A stretch of 59,675 bases of DNA, counting the filler. It is 9 parts of 9 records of this genome, joined end to end, with 100 filler letters (N's around TTAATTAATTAA, not from the genome) between each part and the next. Parts side by side here need not be neighbours in the genome. Positions count along the whole stretch, not along the records: positions 1 to 5,998 come from SRR31156797_92920; positions 6,099 to 12,993 come from SRR31156797_92951; 7 more parts are not named here. One strand, written 5' to 3'. Position numbers and translations under genes: made by a program. Positions 1 through 9,283 of the stretch are shown here, piece after piece. Under the pieces are notes generated by a model. It was not told the origin of the DNA. It did no database searches and was given only the letters and a program-made list of their open reading frames with translations. Position 1 is the first letter of the stretch; each line of letters opens with the position of its first letter.

Positions 1-1
1 T

Positions 2-181
2 GATGTAGTAAAAAGTGACTACTTAAGAGAATTCAACAAAAGACAAGCAGCTACTACTCCAAGAGTGTTACTTAACCCTAACTTAGATGCAGCACTAGGT
101 GCCGGAATCCAAGGATTATGGGAAGGAGATTTATCTCCAAAAGAGTTAGCAGCTAAGATCGAATCAGCAAGAAATAACTAA
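2..181 (+). CDS. C-terminal fragment of a probable sugar ABC transporter substrate-binding protein (5' truncated)
   Basis: Manual translation DVVKSDYLREF...GIQGLWEGDLSPKELAAKIESARNN*. It resembles the typical C-terminal helix of CUT1 binding proteins and lies directly upstream of two CUT1 permeases. Confidence 0.7.
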   Translation, partial: DVVKSDYLREFNKRQAATTPRVLLNPNLDAALGAGIQGLWEGDLSPKELAAKIESARNN

Positions 182-272
182 AAGAAAAGCTATGTCTTAT
201 ATAAAGGCTTTAATAAAGTTATAAATAATAATAATTACCTCACACCCTTAGTAATGTTTTATCACCCAAGAA

Positions 273-308
273 CTTTACTCCTCTTTATTTTATTAGAGAG
301 GAGTAAAG
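273..308 (+). terminator. Stem-loop between the SBP and permease genes (terminator or mRNA-stabilising hairpin)
   Basis: Perfect 12-bp inverted repeat CTTTACTCCTCT / AGAGGAGTAAAG. A second long imperfect inverted repeat lies at about 343-397. Confidence 0.55.
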
Positions 309-466
309 GAAAAATAAATAATTTATCGAAAAACTATATATGATTTTGTAAATCATTAATTATTGGATTCACTTGAGTAGTTAATGATTCACAAAATTAT
401 TAGCATCAAACTACAATCATTATAAATAAGTAATTAAGAGGAAGTAGATGAAAGGAGAAGTTAATT

Positions 467-1366
467 ATGAAGGATAAAAGTTTTTTTAGTAATAATAAAG
501 ATATGAAAACAGCGTCAATATTTTTATTTCCAGCGTTATTGCTATACGCTTTAATCATTATTTACCCAACGTTGTACTCATTTGTTTTAAGTTTCTTTGA
601 ATGGAATGGACTTGATCCGGTAAAGAAATTTGTAGGACTAAAACACTATACGTCATTATTTAGCGACAAGTTGTTTTTCTTATCAATGAAAAACACATTT
701 CAATTTGTAATAGTTACGGTATTTTTTCAGAGTTTTGTAGCATTAATATTAGCGAATATGATCGAAAGTGTCAAAGGTGAGAGATCAAGAACATTTTTTA
801 GAGTATCATTTTTCGTACCGGCACTAATATCAGCAGCAGTAGTAGCCTTGATGTGGTCATATGTATTTCATCCTCACAGTGGTTTTTTAAACAGAGGATT
901 ATCTTTACTGGCTGGAAAAAGAGTTCTTAAATTCTGGTTAGCAGATAAGAAACTGGTAATGTGGGCTATTATAATAGCTAATATGTGGCAATGGATAGGA
1001 TTTAATGTACTAATCTTCTGTGCAGGGATTCAATCAATTTCAAAATCGCTATATGAAGCTGCTGAAATAGACGGCGCAGGATTAGTTGCTAAGTTTTTCT
1101 ATATTACAATACCATCATTAAAGCATGTAATCTCAGTGGTAGTAATAACTACAATGATTAATGGACTAAAAGTATTTGATCTGGTAAGAGTTATGACAGG
1201 TGGAGGTCCAAATCATGCAAGTGAGGTTGCAACAAGTTATCTTTACATAAATGCATTTAAATTTGGAAAACTGGGATATGCATCAGCGATAGGTTATGCA
1301 CTTACTTTCCTGAGTATGATACTTACGATTATTTATATAAAAGTAGTTCAAAACGAAGACGATTAG
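467..1366 (+). CDS. Carbohydrate ABC transporter permease (CUT1, MalF/UgpA-like)
   Basis: EAA motif SLYEAAEIDGAG, KVFDLVRVMTGGGP, FGKLGYASA; multiple TM helices. Confidence 0.95.
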   Translation: MKDKSFFSNNKDMKTASIFLFPALLLYALIIIYPTLYSFVLSFFEWNGLDPVKKFVGLKHYTSLFSDKLFFLSMKNTFQFVIVTVFFQSFVALILANMIESVKGERSRTFFRVSFFVPALISAAVVALMWSYVFHPHSGFLNRGLSLLAGKRVLKFWLADKKLVMWAIIIANMWQWIGFNVLIFCAGIQSISKSLYEAAEIDGAGLVAKFFYITIPSLKHVISVVVITTMINGLKVFDLVRVMTGGGPNHASEVATSYLYINAFKFGKLGYASAIGYALTFLSMILTIIYIKVVQNEDD

Positions 1367-1378
1367 AAAGGAGTAAAT

Positions 1379-2203
1379 ATGTTAAAAAAAATAAACGGAA
1401 AAATAAATTATTTAATTTTGTTACTTTGCAGTGTTTTCTTTTTAAGCCCGATATTATGGATCTTTTTTACTTCTTTCAAAGGAAGAAGAGAGTATATAAA
1501 ACCACATCTGTTTCCAAAAGGTCAATGGCATTTTGAAAACTATATAACATCTTTTATAGACAACGGACTTTGGAAATTTTATGCAAACAGTATATTAATT
1601 ACAGCAGTTTCAGTTGCACTTGGTTTATTCTTTGCCAGTTTAGCGGGATATGCGCTGACGAGATTGAAATTCAAATCAAAAAAAGTTATATTCATGATGT
1701 TTTTATTAGTAATGATGTTGCCACCGCAATTAGGATTAATACCTTTATTCTTAACATTTAAAAAAATGGGGATTTTATATACAAGATGGGCGTTATTACT
1801 TCCTTATACAAATGCAGTTATACCTTTAGCTTTATTTATGATCAGAGGGTATTTCAAACAATTACCTAAAGAGATGGATGAAGCGGCGATGATAGATGGA
1901 GCGGATCACTTTACGATCTACTGGAAAATAATTATGCCGCTTTCAAAACCAATACTTGCAACAGCGTGTATTATGACATCACTAAGTACATGGAATGAAT
2001 ATCTAATAGCAAGTACTATGATAAAAGATGAGAACATGATGACTATTCCAATCGGGATAGTGAAAATCACTCAGGCTGTAGTTGTGGTAAATGAGCCTCT
2101 TAATATGGCTGCTGCCGTACTTGGTTTCTTACCATTGTTAATTTTGTTTATATTTATGCAAAGATTCTTCATCCGAGGAATCACCGGAGGGTCAATAAAA
2201 TGA
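1379..2203 (+). CDS. Carbohydrate ABC transporter permease (CUT1, MalG/UgpE-like)
   Basis: EAA motif EMDEAAMIDGA, C-terminal QRFFIRGITGGSIK; AGGAG RBS. Confidence 0.95.
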   Translation: MLKKINGKINYLILLLCSVFFLSPILWIFFTSFKGRREYIKPHLFPKGQWHFENYITSFIDNGLWKFYANSILITAVSVALGLFFASLAGYALTRLKFKSKKVIFMMFLLVMMLPPQLGLIPLFLTFKKMGILYTRWALLLPYTNAVIPLALFMIRGYFKQLPKEMDEAAMIDGADHFTIYWKIIMPLSKPILATACIMTSLSTWNEYLIASTMIKDENMMTIPIGIVKITQAVVVVNEPLNMAAAVLGFLPLLILFIFMQRFFIRGITGGSIK

Positions 2204-2445
2204 TGTATTATATAGTAATTAAATTTTTAAATCTGTTTTGTAAAGAAGTTCAGTATTACTAATAAATAAAAACTGCGCTCGCTGGAGCGCCCCGATAGTG
2301 AAAGAGAATCACCTTCACCTTAGCGAACCTTACGTTCGATCGAATAAAAAGATAAAAAAATTAATAGAAAAGAATTATGTTAATCATTTGATTTAAATAG
2401 CAAACCAAATAAAAATAATAAAATATTCAACAGGAGGAATTTTAA

Positions 2446-3456
2446 ATGGCAAAAATAATCGGAAATGCACTACCTAATATGCCTTGGCAGGAAAAAACAG
2501 AAGGAAACACTCAAGTAATGTGGAGACATGATGCAAACCCAATTCTTGGATGGAATCCAATTCCGGGTGTAGCTAGAATGTTTAACAGTGCAGTTGTTCC
2601 ATTTGAAGGAGAATATAGAGGAGTATTTAGAGGAGATACAACAAACGGAATACCATTTTTATATGTAGGTACAAGTAAAGATGCACTTACTTGGGATATT
2701 AATCCTGTTAAAATTGACTGGAAAGATGAAGATGGAAATGATGCAAACATGGTATATGCTTATGATCCAAGAGTAATTGAAATTGATGGTATTTTCTATA
2801 TCGTATGGTGTACAGACTGTCACGGAGCTACATTAGGACTTGGAATGACTAAGGATTTCAAAACTTTCACTAGACTCGAGAACGTTTTCGTACCATTTAA
2901 TAGAAATGGAGTACTTTTCCCTAGAAAAGTTAATGATAAATATTTAATGTTATCTAGACCAAGTGATTCAGGACATACTCCATTTGGAGATATATTCCTA
3001 TCTGCTTCACCTGACCTTACATTCTGGGGAGAACATAGACATGTAATGGCAAAAGGTGCTAACTGGTGGCAAGGTGCTAAAATCGGTGGAGGACCTGCTC
3101 CAATAGAAACTGACGAAGGTTGGTTACTATTCTATCACGGCGTTTCTAATACTTGTAACGGATTTGTATACAGTATTGGAGCTGCATTACTTGATATTAA
3201 CGAGCCATCAAAAGTTCTATATAGATCAGATAATTACTTATTAACTCCTGAAAAAGAGTATGAAACAGTTGGATTCGTACCAAATGTAGCATTCCCATGT
3301 GCAACACTTCAAGATGCAGACACTGGAAGAATTGCTGTATATTACGGAGCTGCTGATACTTATGTAGCTGTAGCATATACAACAGTTGATGAAGTATTAA
3401 ATGAAATAAAAGCCAACAGCAAATTAGTTGCCGGCGACGAATTATTAGGAAAATAA
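2446..3456 (+). CDS. GH130 beta-1,4-mannooligosaccharide phosphorylase (GH130_2 type)
   Basis: Motifs FNSAVVPF, YAYDPRV, NRNGVLFP, RPSDSGHTPFGDI, KIGGGPAPI, YYGAADTY are characteristic of GH130 mannoside phosphorylases. Confidence 0.92.
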   Translation: MAKIIGNALPNMPWQEKTEGNTQVMWRHDANPILGWNPIPGVARMFNSAVVPFEGEYRGVFRGDTTNGIPFLYVGTSKDALTWDINPVKIDWKDEDGNDANMVYAYDPRVIEIDGIFYIVWCTDCHGATLGLGMTKDFKTFTRLENVFVPFNRNGVLFPRKVNDKYLMLSRPSDSGHTPFGDIFLSASPDLTFWGEHRHVMAKGANWWQGAKIGGGPAPIETDEGWLLFYHGVSNTCNGFVYSIGAALLDINEPSKVLYRSDNYLLTPEKEYETVGFVPNVAFPCATLQDADTGRIAVYYGAADTYVAVAYTTVDEVLNEIKANSKLVAGDELLGK

Positions 3457-3577
3457 TAACACGCACATATTATCATATACCTCCTTCCTACCCCACTCTG
3501 TAATGGAGTGGGGTTAAAATTGAAGAGAATTGGGAATTGGAGGAGAGTGGAGAGGGTTAGAATAAGGAAAAACTCAG

Positions 3578-3623
3578 ACCTCATCCGCCCTAATGAGCAC
3601 CTTCTCCTAATCTTAGGAGAAGG
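3578..3623. repeat. REP-like extragenic palindromic element
   Basis: ACCTCATCCGCCCTAATGAGCACCTTCTCCTAA-TC-TTAGGAGAAGG with an 11-bp terminal stem. It resembles the widespread CCTCATCCGCCC...GCACCTTCTCC...GGAGAAGG intergenic repeat. A second hairpin ACCCCACTC/GAGTGGGGT lies at 3490-3514. Confidence 0.55.
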
Positions 3624-3646
3624 AAAAAATAAAAGGAGGCAAAGCG

Positions 3647-5038
3647 ATGCAGTATAAATTCCCTGAAGGGTTTTGGTGGGGATCAGCAACATCAGGACCA
3701 CAATCAGAAGGTGCAGCAGATGCAGATGGGAGAAAATCAAGTATCTGGGACCAATGGTATAAAGAGGAACCTAATAGATTTTTCGATGGTGTAGGACCTG
3801 AAAACACATCAAATTTTTATTATCAATATAAAGAAGATATAGATTTAATGAAACAGATCGGGCACAACTCATTCAGAACATCTATTCAGTGGTCAAGACT
3901 TATTCCTGATGGAACAGGTGAAGTTAATCAAAAAGCAGTAGATTTCTACAATGATGTAATAAACGGATTAGTGGAAGCAGGAGTTGAACCATTTATCAAC
4001 CTTTATCACTTCGATATGCCTATGTGTATGCAGGAAAAAGGCGGATGGGAATCAAGAGAAGTTGTTGAAGCATATGTGAATTATGCAAAAGTATGCTTTG
4101 AGCTATTTGGTGACAGAGTAAAATACTGGTTTACTTTTAACGAACCAATTGTACCTGTTGAAGCCGGATATATGTATTCGTCGCACTATCCTTGTGTTGT
4201 TGATTTCAAAAGGGCGGTTCAGGTTGCACACAATAGCTTGATAGCACATGCAAAAGCAATAGAAATATTTAGAAAAATGAAAATAAAGGGTGAAATTGGT
4301 GTTATTTTAAATTTAACTCCTTCTTATCCTAGAAGTGATATTCCACAAGATCTTAAGGCAGCAAGAATAGCTGAACTTTTTTTTAATAAAAGCTTTTTGG
4401 ATCCTGTAACTAAAGGAAAATACCCGCAAGAGTTAGTTGATATATTGAGAGACAGAGATCTTTTACCAATTGTAGAAGACGGTGATCTGAAACTATTAGA
4501 GGATAATATAGTAGATATTTTGGGAGTAAACTATTATTTCCCAAGAAGAATAAAAGTAAGAGAAAACGCAGTTAATCCTGAAGCACCGTTTATGCCTGAG
4601 CATCTTTTCGATAGTTATGAGATGAGAGGTGCCAAAATGAATAGGCATAGAGGATGGGAAATCTATGAAAAAGCCGTTTATGATATCCTAATTGATATTA
4701 GAGATAATTATGACAATATTCCTGTATTTATTTCAGAAAACGGAATGGGTGTTGAAGGTGAAGAAAAATTTAGAAATGAAAAAGGTTATCTCGAAGATGA
4801 TTATCGTATAGATTTTATTAAAGATCATTTGAGATGGGCGCATAAAGCAATCGAAGAGGGTGCTAACTGTAAAGGTTATCACTTGTGGACATTTGTTGAT
4901 TGTTGGTCATGGCCAAATGCGTATAAAAATAGATATGGATTTATAGAGTTAGATTTAGAAGATAACTATAAAAGAGTGATAAAGAAAAGTGGTTATTGGA
5001 TTAAAGAAGTAAGTGAGAATAATGGATTTTCTGATTAG
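3647..5038 (+). CDS. gmuD: GH1 6-phospho-beta-glucosidase (GmuD-like)
   Basis: FPEGFWWG, TFNEP acid/base motif, ISENG nucleophile motif, DCWSW..AYKNRYG; resembles B. subtilis GmuD of the glucomannan operon. Confidence 0.85.
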   Translation: MQYKFPEGFWWGSATSGPQSEGAADADGRKSSIWDQWYKEEPNRFFDGVGPENTSNFYYQYKEDIDLMKQIGHNSFRTSIQWSRLIPDGTGEVNQKAVDFYNDVINGLVEAGVEPFINLYHFDMPMCMQEKGGWESREVVEAYVNYAKVCFELFGDRVKYWFTFNEPIVPVEAGYMYSSHYPCVVDFKRAVQVAHNSLIAHAKAIEIFRKMKIKGEIGVILNLTPSYPRSDIPQDLKAARIAELFFNKSFLDPVTKGKYPQELVDILRDRDLLPIVEDGDLKLLEDNIVDILGVNYYFPRRIKVRENAVNPEAPFMPEHLFDSYEMRGAKMNRHRGWEIYEKAVYDILIDIRDNYDNIPVFISENGMGVEGEEKFRNEKGYLEDDYRIDFIKDHLRWAHKAIEEGANCKGYHLWTFVDCWSWPNAYKNRYGFIELDLEDNYKRVIKKSGYWIKEVSENNGFSD

Positions 5039-5057
5039 TAAGAAGGGAGTTGAGCTT

Positions 5058-5954
5058 ATGAAAGAGTATCTAGTGTTTGACATAGGCGGAACTGCTGTAA
5101 AGTATGCAATACTTGATGAAAATGCAAAATTATTAGAAAAGAATAATTTTCCGACTCCAAATTCAAAACATGTTTTGTTTGATGAATTAAGTGTAATCAC
5201 GGATAAATTTAGAAACAGAATTAATGGTATTGCAATTAGCAGCCCCGGAGTAGTTGATTCTAATACAGGTTTAATAGCTGGTGACAGTGCTATTCCATAT
5301 ATTCATGAAGAAGATTTTAACTTGAAAAATTTTTTTAATGAATTAGGATTTGAAATAGAGATAGAGAATGATGCTAACTGTGCTGCACTTGCAGAAGTGT
5401 GGAAAGGCAATGCAAGTGAGAGTAAAGATGCGTTATTTGTTATTCTTGGCACGGGAATTGGTGGAGCTGTAATAAAAGATAAAAAAATTCATAGAGGCAA
5501 AAATTTATCAGGTGGAGAGTTTGGCTATATGATAAGCAGTTACAGTGATAACTATACTCTATGGGGAGTAGAGCATTCTACAATCGGTCTTGTAAGGCAA
5601 GTTGCAAAAAGAAAAAATGTAGATATAAAAGAACTTACAGGCAAGCAGGTTTTCGAAATGGCTGAGGATGGAGATATAATCTGTCAGGAAGAGATTGATT
5701 ACTTCTATAAATCTGTAGCAGTAGGACTTCATAATTTAGCACAATTTTATGATCCGGAGATAATTTTAATTGGCGGAGCAATTAGCTCAAGAGATGACCT
5801 GATAGAGCAACTAACTAATAAACTAATAGAGATACATACTAAAATAGAAAGAAATATGGTAATTCCAAAATTAAAAAAATGTAAATTTTCTGGAGATGCA
5901 AACTTAATAGGAGCTTTGTATCATTATTATCAGCAGAATGGGCTTGTGAAGTAG
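5058..5954 (+). CDS. ROK family sugar kinase (beta-glucoside kinase BglK-like)
   Basis: FDIGGTAVK, ENDANCAALAE, GTGIGG, GGEFGYM; the Cys-rich Zn motif is absent. ATG at 5058 follows an AAGGGAG RBS. Confidence 0.88.
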   Translation: MKEYLVFDIGGTAVKYAILDENAKLLEKNNFPTPNSKHVLFDELSVITDKFRNRINGIAISSPGVVDSNTGLIAGDSAIPYIHEEDFNLKNFFNELGFEIEIENDANCAALAEVWKGNASESKDALFVILGTGIGGAVIKDKKIHRGKNLSGGEFGYMISSYSDNYTLWGVEHSTIGLVRQVAKRKNVDIKELTGKQVFEMAEDGDIICQEEIDYFYKSVAVGLHNLAQFYDPEIILIGGAISSRDDLIEQLTNKLIEIHTKIERNMVIPKLKKCKFSGDANLIGALYHYYQQNGLVK

Positions 5955-5998
5955 AGGCGATGACCCCCCCCATACTTGTAAACTTAAGGTTTCAGAAA

Positions 5999-6098
5999 NN
6001 NNNNNNNNNNNNNNNNNNNNNNNNNNNNNNNNNNNNNNNNNNTTAATTAATTAANNNNNNNNNNNNNNNNNNNNNNNNNNNNNNNNNNNNNNNNNNNN
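5999..6098. other. Artificial contig spacer (N-run, TTAATTAATTAA, N-run)
   Basis: 100-nt linker with stop codons in all six frames. Confidence 0.99.
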
Positions 6099-6155
6099 CA
6101 GAGCACCGGTCTCCAAAACCGGGGGTTGGAAGTTCGAGTCTTCTCTGGCCTGCCA
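6099..6155 (+). tRNA. trnW: tRNA-Trp(CCA), 5' truncated
   Basis: Anticodon arm CCGGT-CT-CCA-AA-ACCGG, T-loop GTTCGAGTC, 3' CCA; classic position before secE. Confidence 0.95.
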
Positions 6156-6184
6156 TTTTTTAAGTAAATAACGAGTTTAATCAT

Positions 6185-6364
6185 ATGAACAAGTGGTCCG
6201 GGTTTTATAACGAAGTTAAAGAAGAACTCAAAAAGGTTGTATGGCCTTCGAAAGAATCCACTATCGGCACTACCGGTGTTGTTATAGTGATCTGTATCGT
6301 CTGCGCAGTTTTTATGGGTGTAGTTGACTTTGGACTCGCAAAGATAACTCAGTTTATATACTAG
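6185..6364 (+). CDS. secE: Preprotein translocase subunit SecE (59 aa, not in the ORF track)
   Basis: Manual translation MNKWSGFYNEVKEELKKVVWPSKESTIGTTGVVIVICIVCAVFMGVVDFGLAKITQFIY; ELKKVVWP motif and synteny. Confidence 0.96.
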   Translation: MNKWSGFYNEVKEELKKVVWPSKESTIGTTGVVIVICIVCAVFMGVVDFGLAKITQFIY

Positions 6365-6374
6365 GTTGATAGAC

Positions 6375-6899
6375 ATGGCAAAACAGTGGTACGTGGTTCA
6401 CACCTATTCAGGCTTCGAGAAGCGTGTTGTTACGCTCCTTGAAGAGAAGGTGAAGAACGAAAAGCTTGAAGATCAGATTGATGATGTCCTTATTCCTACC
6501 GAAGACGTAATCGAGCTCAAAAAAGGTAAGAAGAAAGTAAGCAAGAAAAAGACCTTCCCTGGCTATATTCTTGTTCACATGGAGATGAGCACCACTAACT
6601 GGCATGTTGTAAAAAGCATACCTAAAGTGACAGGATTTGTGGGTGGAATTAACCCTGTGCCAATCCCTGAGCACGATGTAAAGGCTATGATCGACCTTGC
6701 CAAATCAGAATCTCCGAGAATCGCATCCAAATATGTGGAAGGCGATACTGTAGAGGTTATCGATGGACCGTTCCTCGGCTTCACCGGAGTTGTGGAAGAG
6801 GTTAATCCTGAGAAAGAGAAAGTACGTGTTATCGTAAGTATCTTTGGCAGACAAACTCCTGTAGAACTCGATTACCTACAGGTAAAAAGAGTAGGTTAA
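6375..6899 (+). CDS. nusG: Transcription termination/antitermination factor NusG
   Basis: WYVVHTYSGFE, FPGYILV, KOW motif VIDGPF..FTG, SIFGRQTPVEL. Confidence 0.99.
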   Translation: MAKQWYVVHTYSGFEKRVVTLLEEKVKNEKLEDQIDDVLIPTEDVIELKKGKKKVSKKKTFPGYILVHMEMSTTNWHVVKSIPKVTGFVGGINPVPIPEHDVKAMIDLAKSESPRIASKYVEGDTVEVIDGPFLGFTGVVEEVNPEKEKVRVIVSIFGRQTPVELDYLQVKRVG

Positions 6900-7044
6900 C
6901 GAAAAACCGCCTCGGCGATTTTTTCGAGAATATAAAGTGCAAATTCATCATAAGGTGGGTTTGCCCTTTTGCGTATATAAGATTCAGAGCACTCGCTGCT
7001 CTGTTAATAAAACTAAGGTTTATACAAACCGGAGGTTTAAGTAA

Positions 7045-7467
7045 ATGGCCAAGAAAGAAGCAGGTCAGCTGAAACTCCAGATTCCGGCGGGAAAGGCAAA
7101 CCCTTCCCCTCCTGTTGGTCCAGCGCTCGGTCAGCGTGGTATCAATATCATGGATTTCTGCAAGGCCTTCAACGCTCAGACTCAGAACTTAGGTGATTCT
7201 CTCATTCCTGTAGTTATTACAGTATATGAAGACAGAAGCTTTTCGTTCGTAACGAAAACACCACCAGTATCTGACCTTGTTAAGAAAGAGCTCAAGCTTA
7301 AGAGTGCATCTCAGGCTCCTGGAAAGGAAGTTGCGGGACACCTTACAAAAGAGCAACTTAAGAAGATCGCGGAGATTAAACTCCCTGACCTTAACACAAA
7401 CGATGTAGAGCAGGCGATGAAGATTATCGCAGGTTCAGCCCGCAGTATGGGCATCACAACAGACTAA
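7045..7467 (+). CDS. rplK: 50S ribosomal protein L11
   Basis: [37 protein letters not shown]. Confidence 0.99.
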   Translation: MAKKEAGQLKLQIPAGKANPSPPVGPALGQRGINIMDFCKAFNAQTQNLGDSLIPVVITVYEDRSFSFVTKTPPVSDLVKKELKLKSASQAPGKEVAGHLTKEQLKKIAEIKLPDLNTNDVEQAMKIIAGSARSMGITTD

Positions 7468-7477
7468 GAGGTGAATC

Positions 7478-8176
7478 ATGGCTAGAGGAAAACAGTACCA
7501 GGCTGCCTCAGGTAAGATCGATCCAGAAAAATCTTACGACCTGGAAGAGGCTATTGCTCTCGTTAAAGAAGCCGCATTCGCAAAATTCGACGAAACTATC
7601 GATATCTCAATCAAGCTTGGTGTTAACCCTAAGCACGCAGATCAGATGGTTCGTGGATCAGTAAGTCTTCCAAACGGTACAGGACAGGATGTAAAGGTTC
7701 TTGTATTTTGTAAAGGCGAGAAGGCGAAAGAAGCAGAAGAAGCTGGAGCAGATTTCGTAGGCGACGACGAGCTCGTTGCTAAAGTTCAAGGCGGATGGAC
7801 AGATTTTGACAAAGTAGTGGCAACACCTGACATGATGTCTCATGTAGGTAAATTAGGTAAGGTACTCGGACCAAGAGGTCTCATGCCAAACCCGAAAGTC
7901 GGCACAGTAACACAAGATGTTGCAAAAGTTGTTAAAGAGCTTAAAGCTGGTATGATCGAATTCAGAGTAGATAAAGTGGGTATCATCCACTCTATCGTAG
8001 GTAAGAAAAGTTTTGAAGCGGGCAAGCTGACAGAAAATGTCACTGCGCTGATTGACACTCTCGTCAAACTGAAGCCTGCAAGTGCCAAAGGGCAGTATAT
8101 TAGGGGCATTTATGTATCATCGACTATGAGCCCTAGAGTAAAACTCGACCATCAGAAGATGGTAAACGAACTGTAA
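7478..8176 (+). CDS. rplA: 50S ribosomal protein L1
   Basis: [31 protein letters not shown]. Confidence 0.99.
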   Translation: MARGKQYQAASGKIDPEKSYDLEEAIALVKEAAFAKFDETIDISIKLGVNPKHADQMVRGSVSLPNGTGQDVKVLVFCKGEKAKEAEEAGADFVGDDELVAKVQGGWTDFDKVVATPDMMSHVGKLGKVLGPRGLMPNPKVGTVTQDVAKVVKELKAGMIEFRVDKVGIIHSIVGKKSFEAGKLTENVTALIDTLVKLKPASAKGQYIRGIYVSSTMSPRVKLDHQKMVNEL

Positions 8177-8192
8177 TTAACGAGAACTAATT

Positions 8193-8248
8193 CTGGTTAG
8201 AGAAGCAGGTTTGACTTTTTTAAGTCTGTAAAACCCTGCGGAAACCGG
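8193..8248 (+). promoter_or_regulatory. L10 leader-like autoregulatory RNA element
   Basis: GAGAAGCAGG...AACCCTGCGGAA pairing pattern in the rplA-rplJ intergenic region, where the L10(L12)4-binding leader normally lies. Confidence 0.6.
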
Positions 8249-8280
8249 TTGATATATACAACCGGAAACGGAGGAACAGC

Positions 8281-8799
8281 GTGATAAAAGCTGATAAAGA
8301 ACAATTAGTAGCAGATATTTCTGCTCAGGTTAAAGATTCCGATGCGCTGTTTTTGACAAACTATAAAGGTCTCACTTACACAGAGATTTCTGCGGTAAGA
8401 GCGGAGATCAAAGAAAGTGGAAGTGATTTTAAAGTTGTCAAGAACACACTTTTGAAAATTGCTCTTAATAACAACGAAATTGACTCTATGGATTCATACC
8501 TCGTAGAGCCAACTGCATGTGCTATTGTTTCTGGTGACGTTGCCGCTGTCGCTAAAACAATCAAAAAATACGCCAAAGACTTTGAAAATTTCGAAATCAA
8601 AGCAGGTTACCTCGACGGTAACGTACTCACAGCAAATGATGTTAATGTACTGGCAGACCTGCCAAGCCGCGACGAGCTGCTTGCTAAGATGCTTAGTAGC
8701 ATGAACGCTCCTGTTAGCAATTTCGTTTCTCTTCTTGCGAATATTCCAAGAAGCCTCGTAAACGTACTGACCGCTGTGAAAGATAAAAAAGAAGATTAA
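8281..8799 (+). CDS. rplJ: 50S ribosomal protein L10
   Basis: [31 protein letters not shown] and GTG start. Confidence 0.98.
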   Translation: MIKADKEQLVADISAQVKDSDALFLTNYKGLTYTEISAVRAEIKESGSDFKVVKNTLLKIALNNNEIDSMDSYLVEPTACAIVSGDVAAVAKTIKKYAKDFENFEIKAGYLDGNVLTANDVNVLADLPSRDELLAKMLSSMNAPVSNFVSLLANIPRSLVNVLTAVKDKKED

Positions 8800-8813
8800 T
8801 CAGGAGAATTAAA

Positions 8814-9191
8814 ATGTCAGTGACAAAAGAACAAGTAATTGAATTTATCGAATCTATGACTGTAATCGAGCTTGCTGAGCTCGTTTCCGAGCTTGAAGAC
8901 AAGTTCGGCGTATCTGCTTCTGCTCCAGTTGCTATGATGGCTGCTGGTCCTGCTGCAGGCGGAGAAGCTGTTGCTGAGCAGACTGAGTTCACTGTAGAAC
9001 TTATGGCTGCTGGCGATAAAAAAGTACAGGTTATTAAAGCTGTACGTGAGATCACAGGTCTCGGACTTAAAGAAGCTAAAGCTCTTGTTGATGGTGCACC
9101 TGCTCCAGTTAAGGAAGGTATCACTAAAGAAGAAGCTGAAGAAATGAAGGGCAAGCTTGAAGAAGCAGGCGCTTCCGTAACAGTTAAGTAA
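8814..9191 (+). CDS. rplL: 50S ribosomal protein L7/L12
   Basis: [29 protein letters not shown]. Confidence 0.99.
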   Translation: MSVTKEQVIEFIESMTVIELAELVSELEDKFGVSASAPVAMMAAGPAAGGEAVAEQTEFTVELMAAGDKKVQVIKAVREITGLGLKEAKALVDGAPAPVKEGITKEEAEEMKGKLEEAGASVTVK

Positions 9192-9228
9192 TTTCAGTAA
9201 ACTACTGATATTAAAGCATTAATAGTAT

Positions 9229-9259
9229 GGGGGAGACTTGTCTCCCCCGTCTTTCGTTT
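9229..9259 (+). terminator. rplL-rpoB attenuator/terminator hairpin
   Basis: GGGGGAGAC-TT-GTCTCCCCC stem followed by a T-rich tract. Confidence 0.6.
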
Positions 9260-9283
9260 AAAAATTACCGGAAGGTGAAACGA

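Noticed and set aside
6043-6054. Recurring TTAATTAATTAA motif as a biological repeat or CRISPR-like array
   Set aside because: It is always embedded in N-runs and is a synthetic six-frame stop linker.
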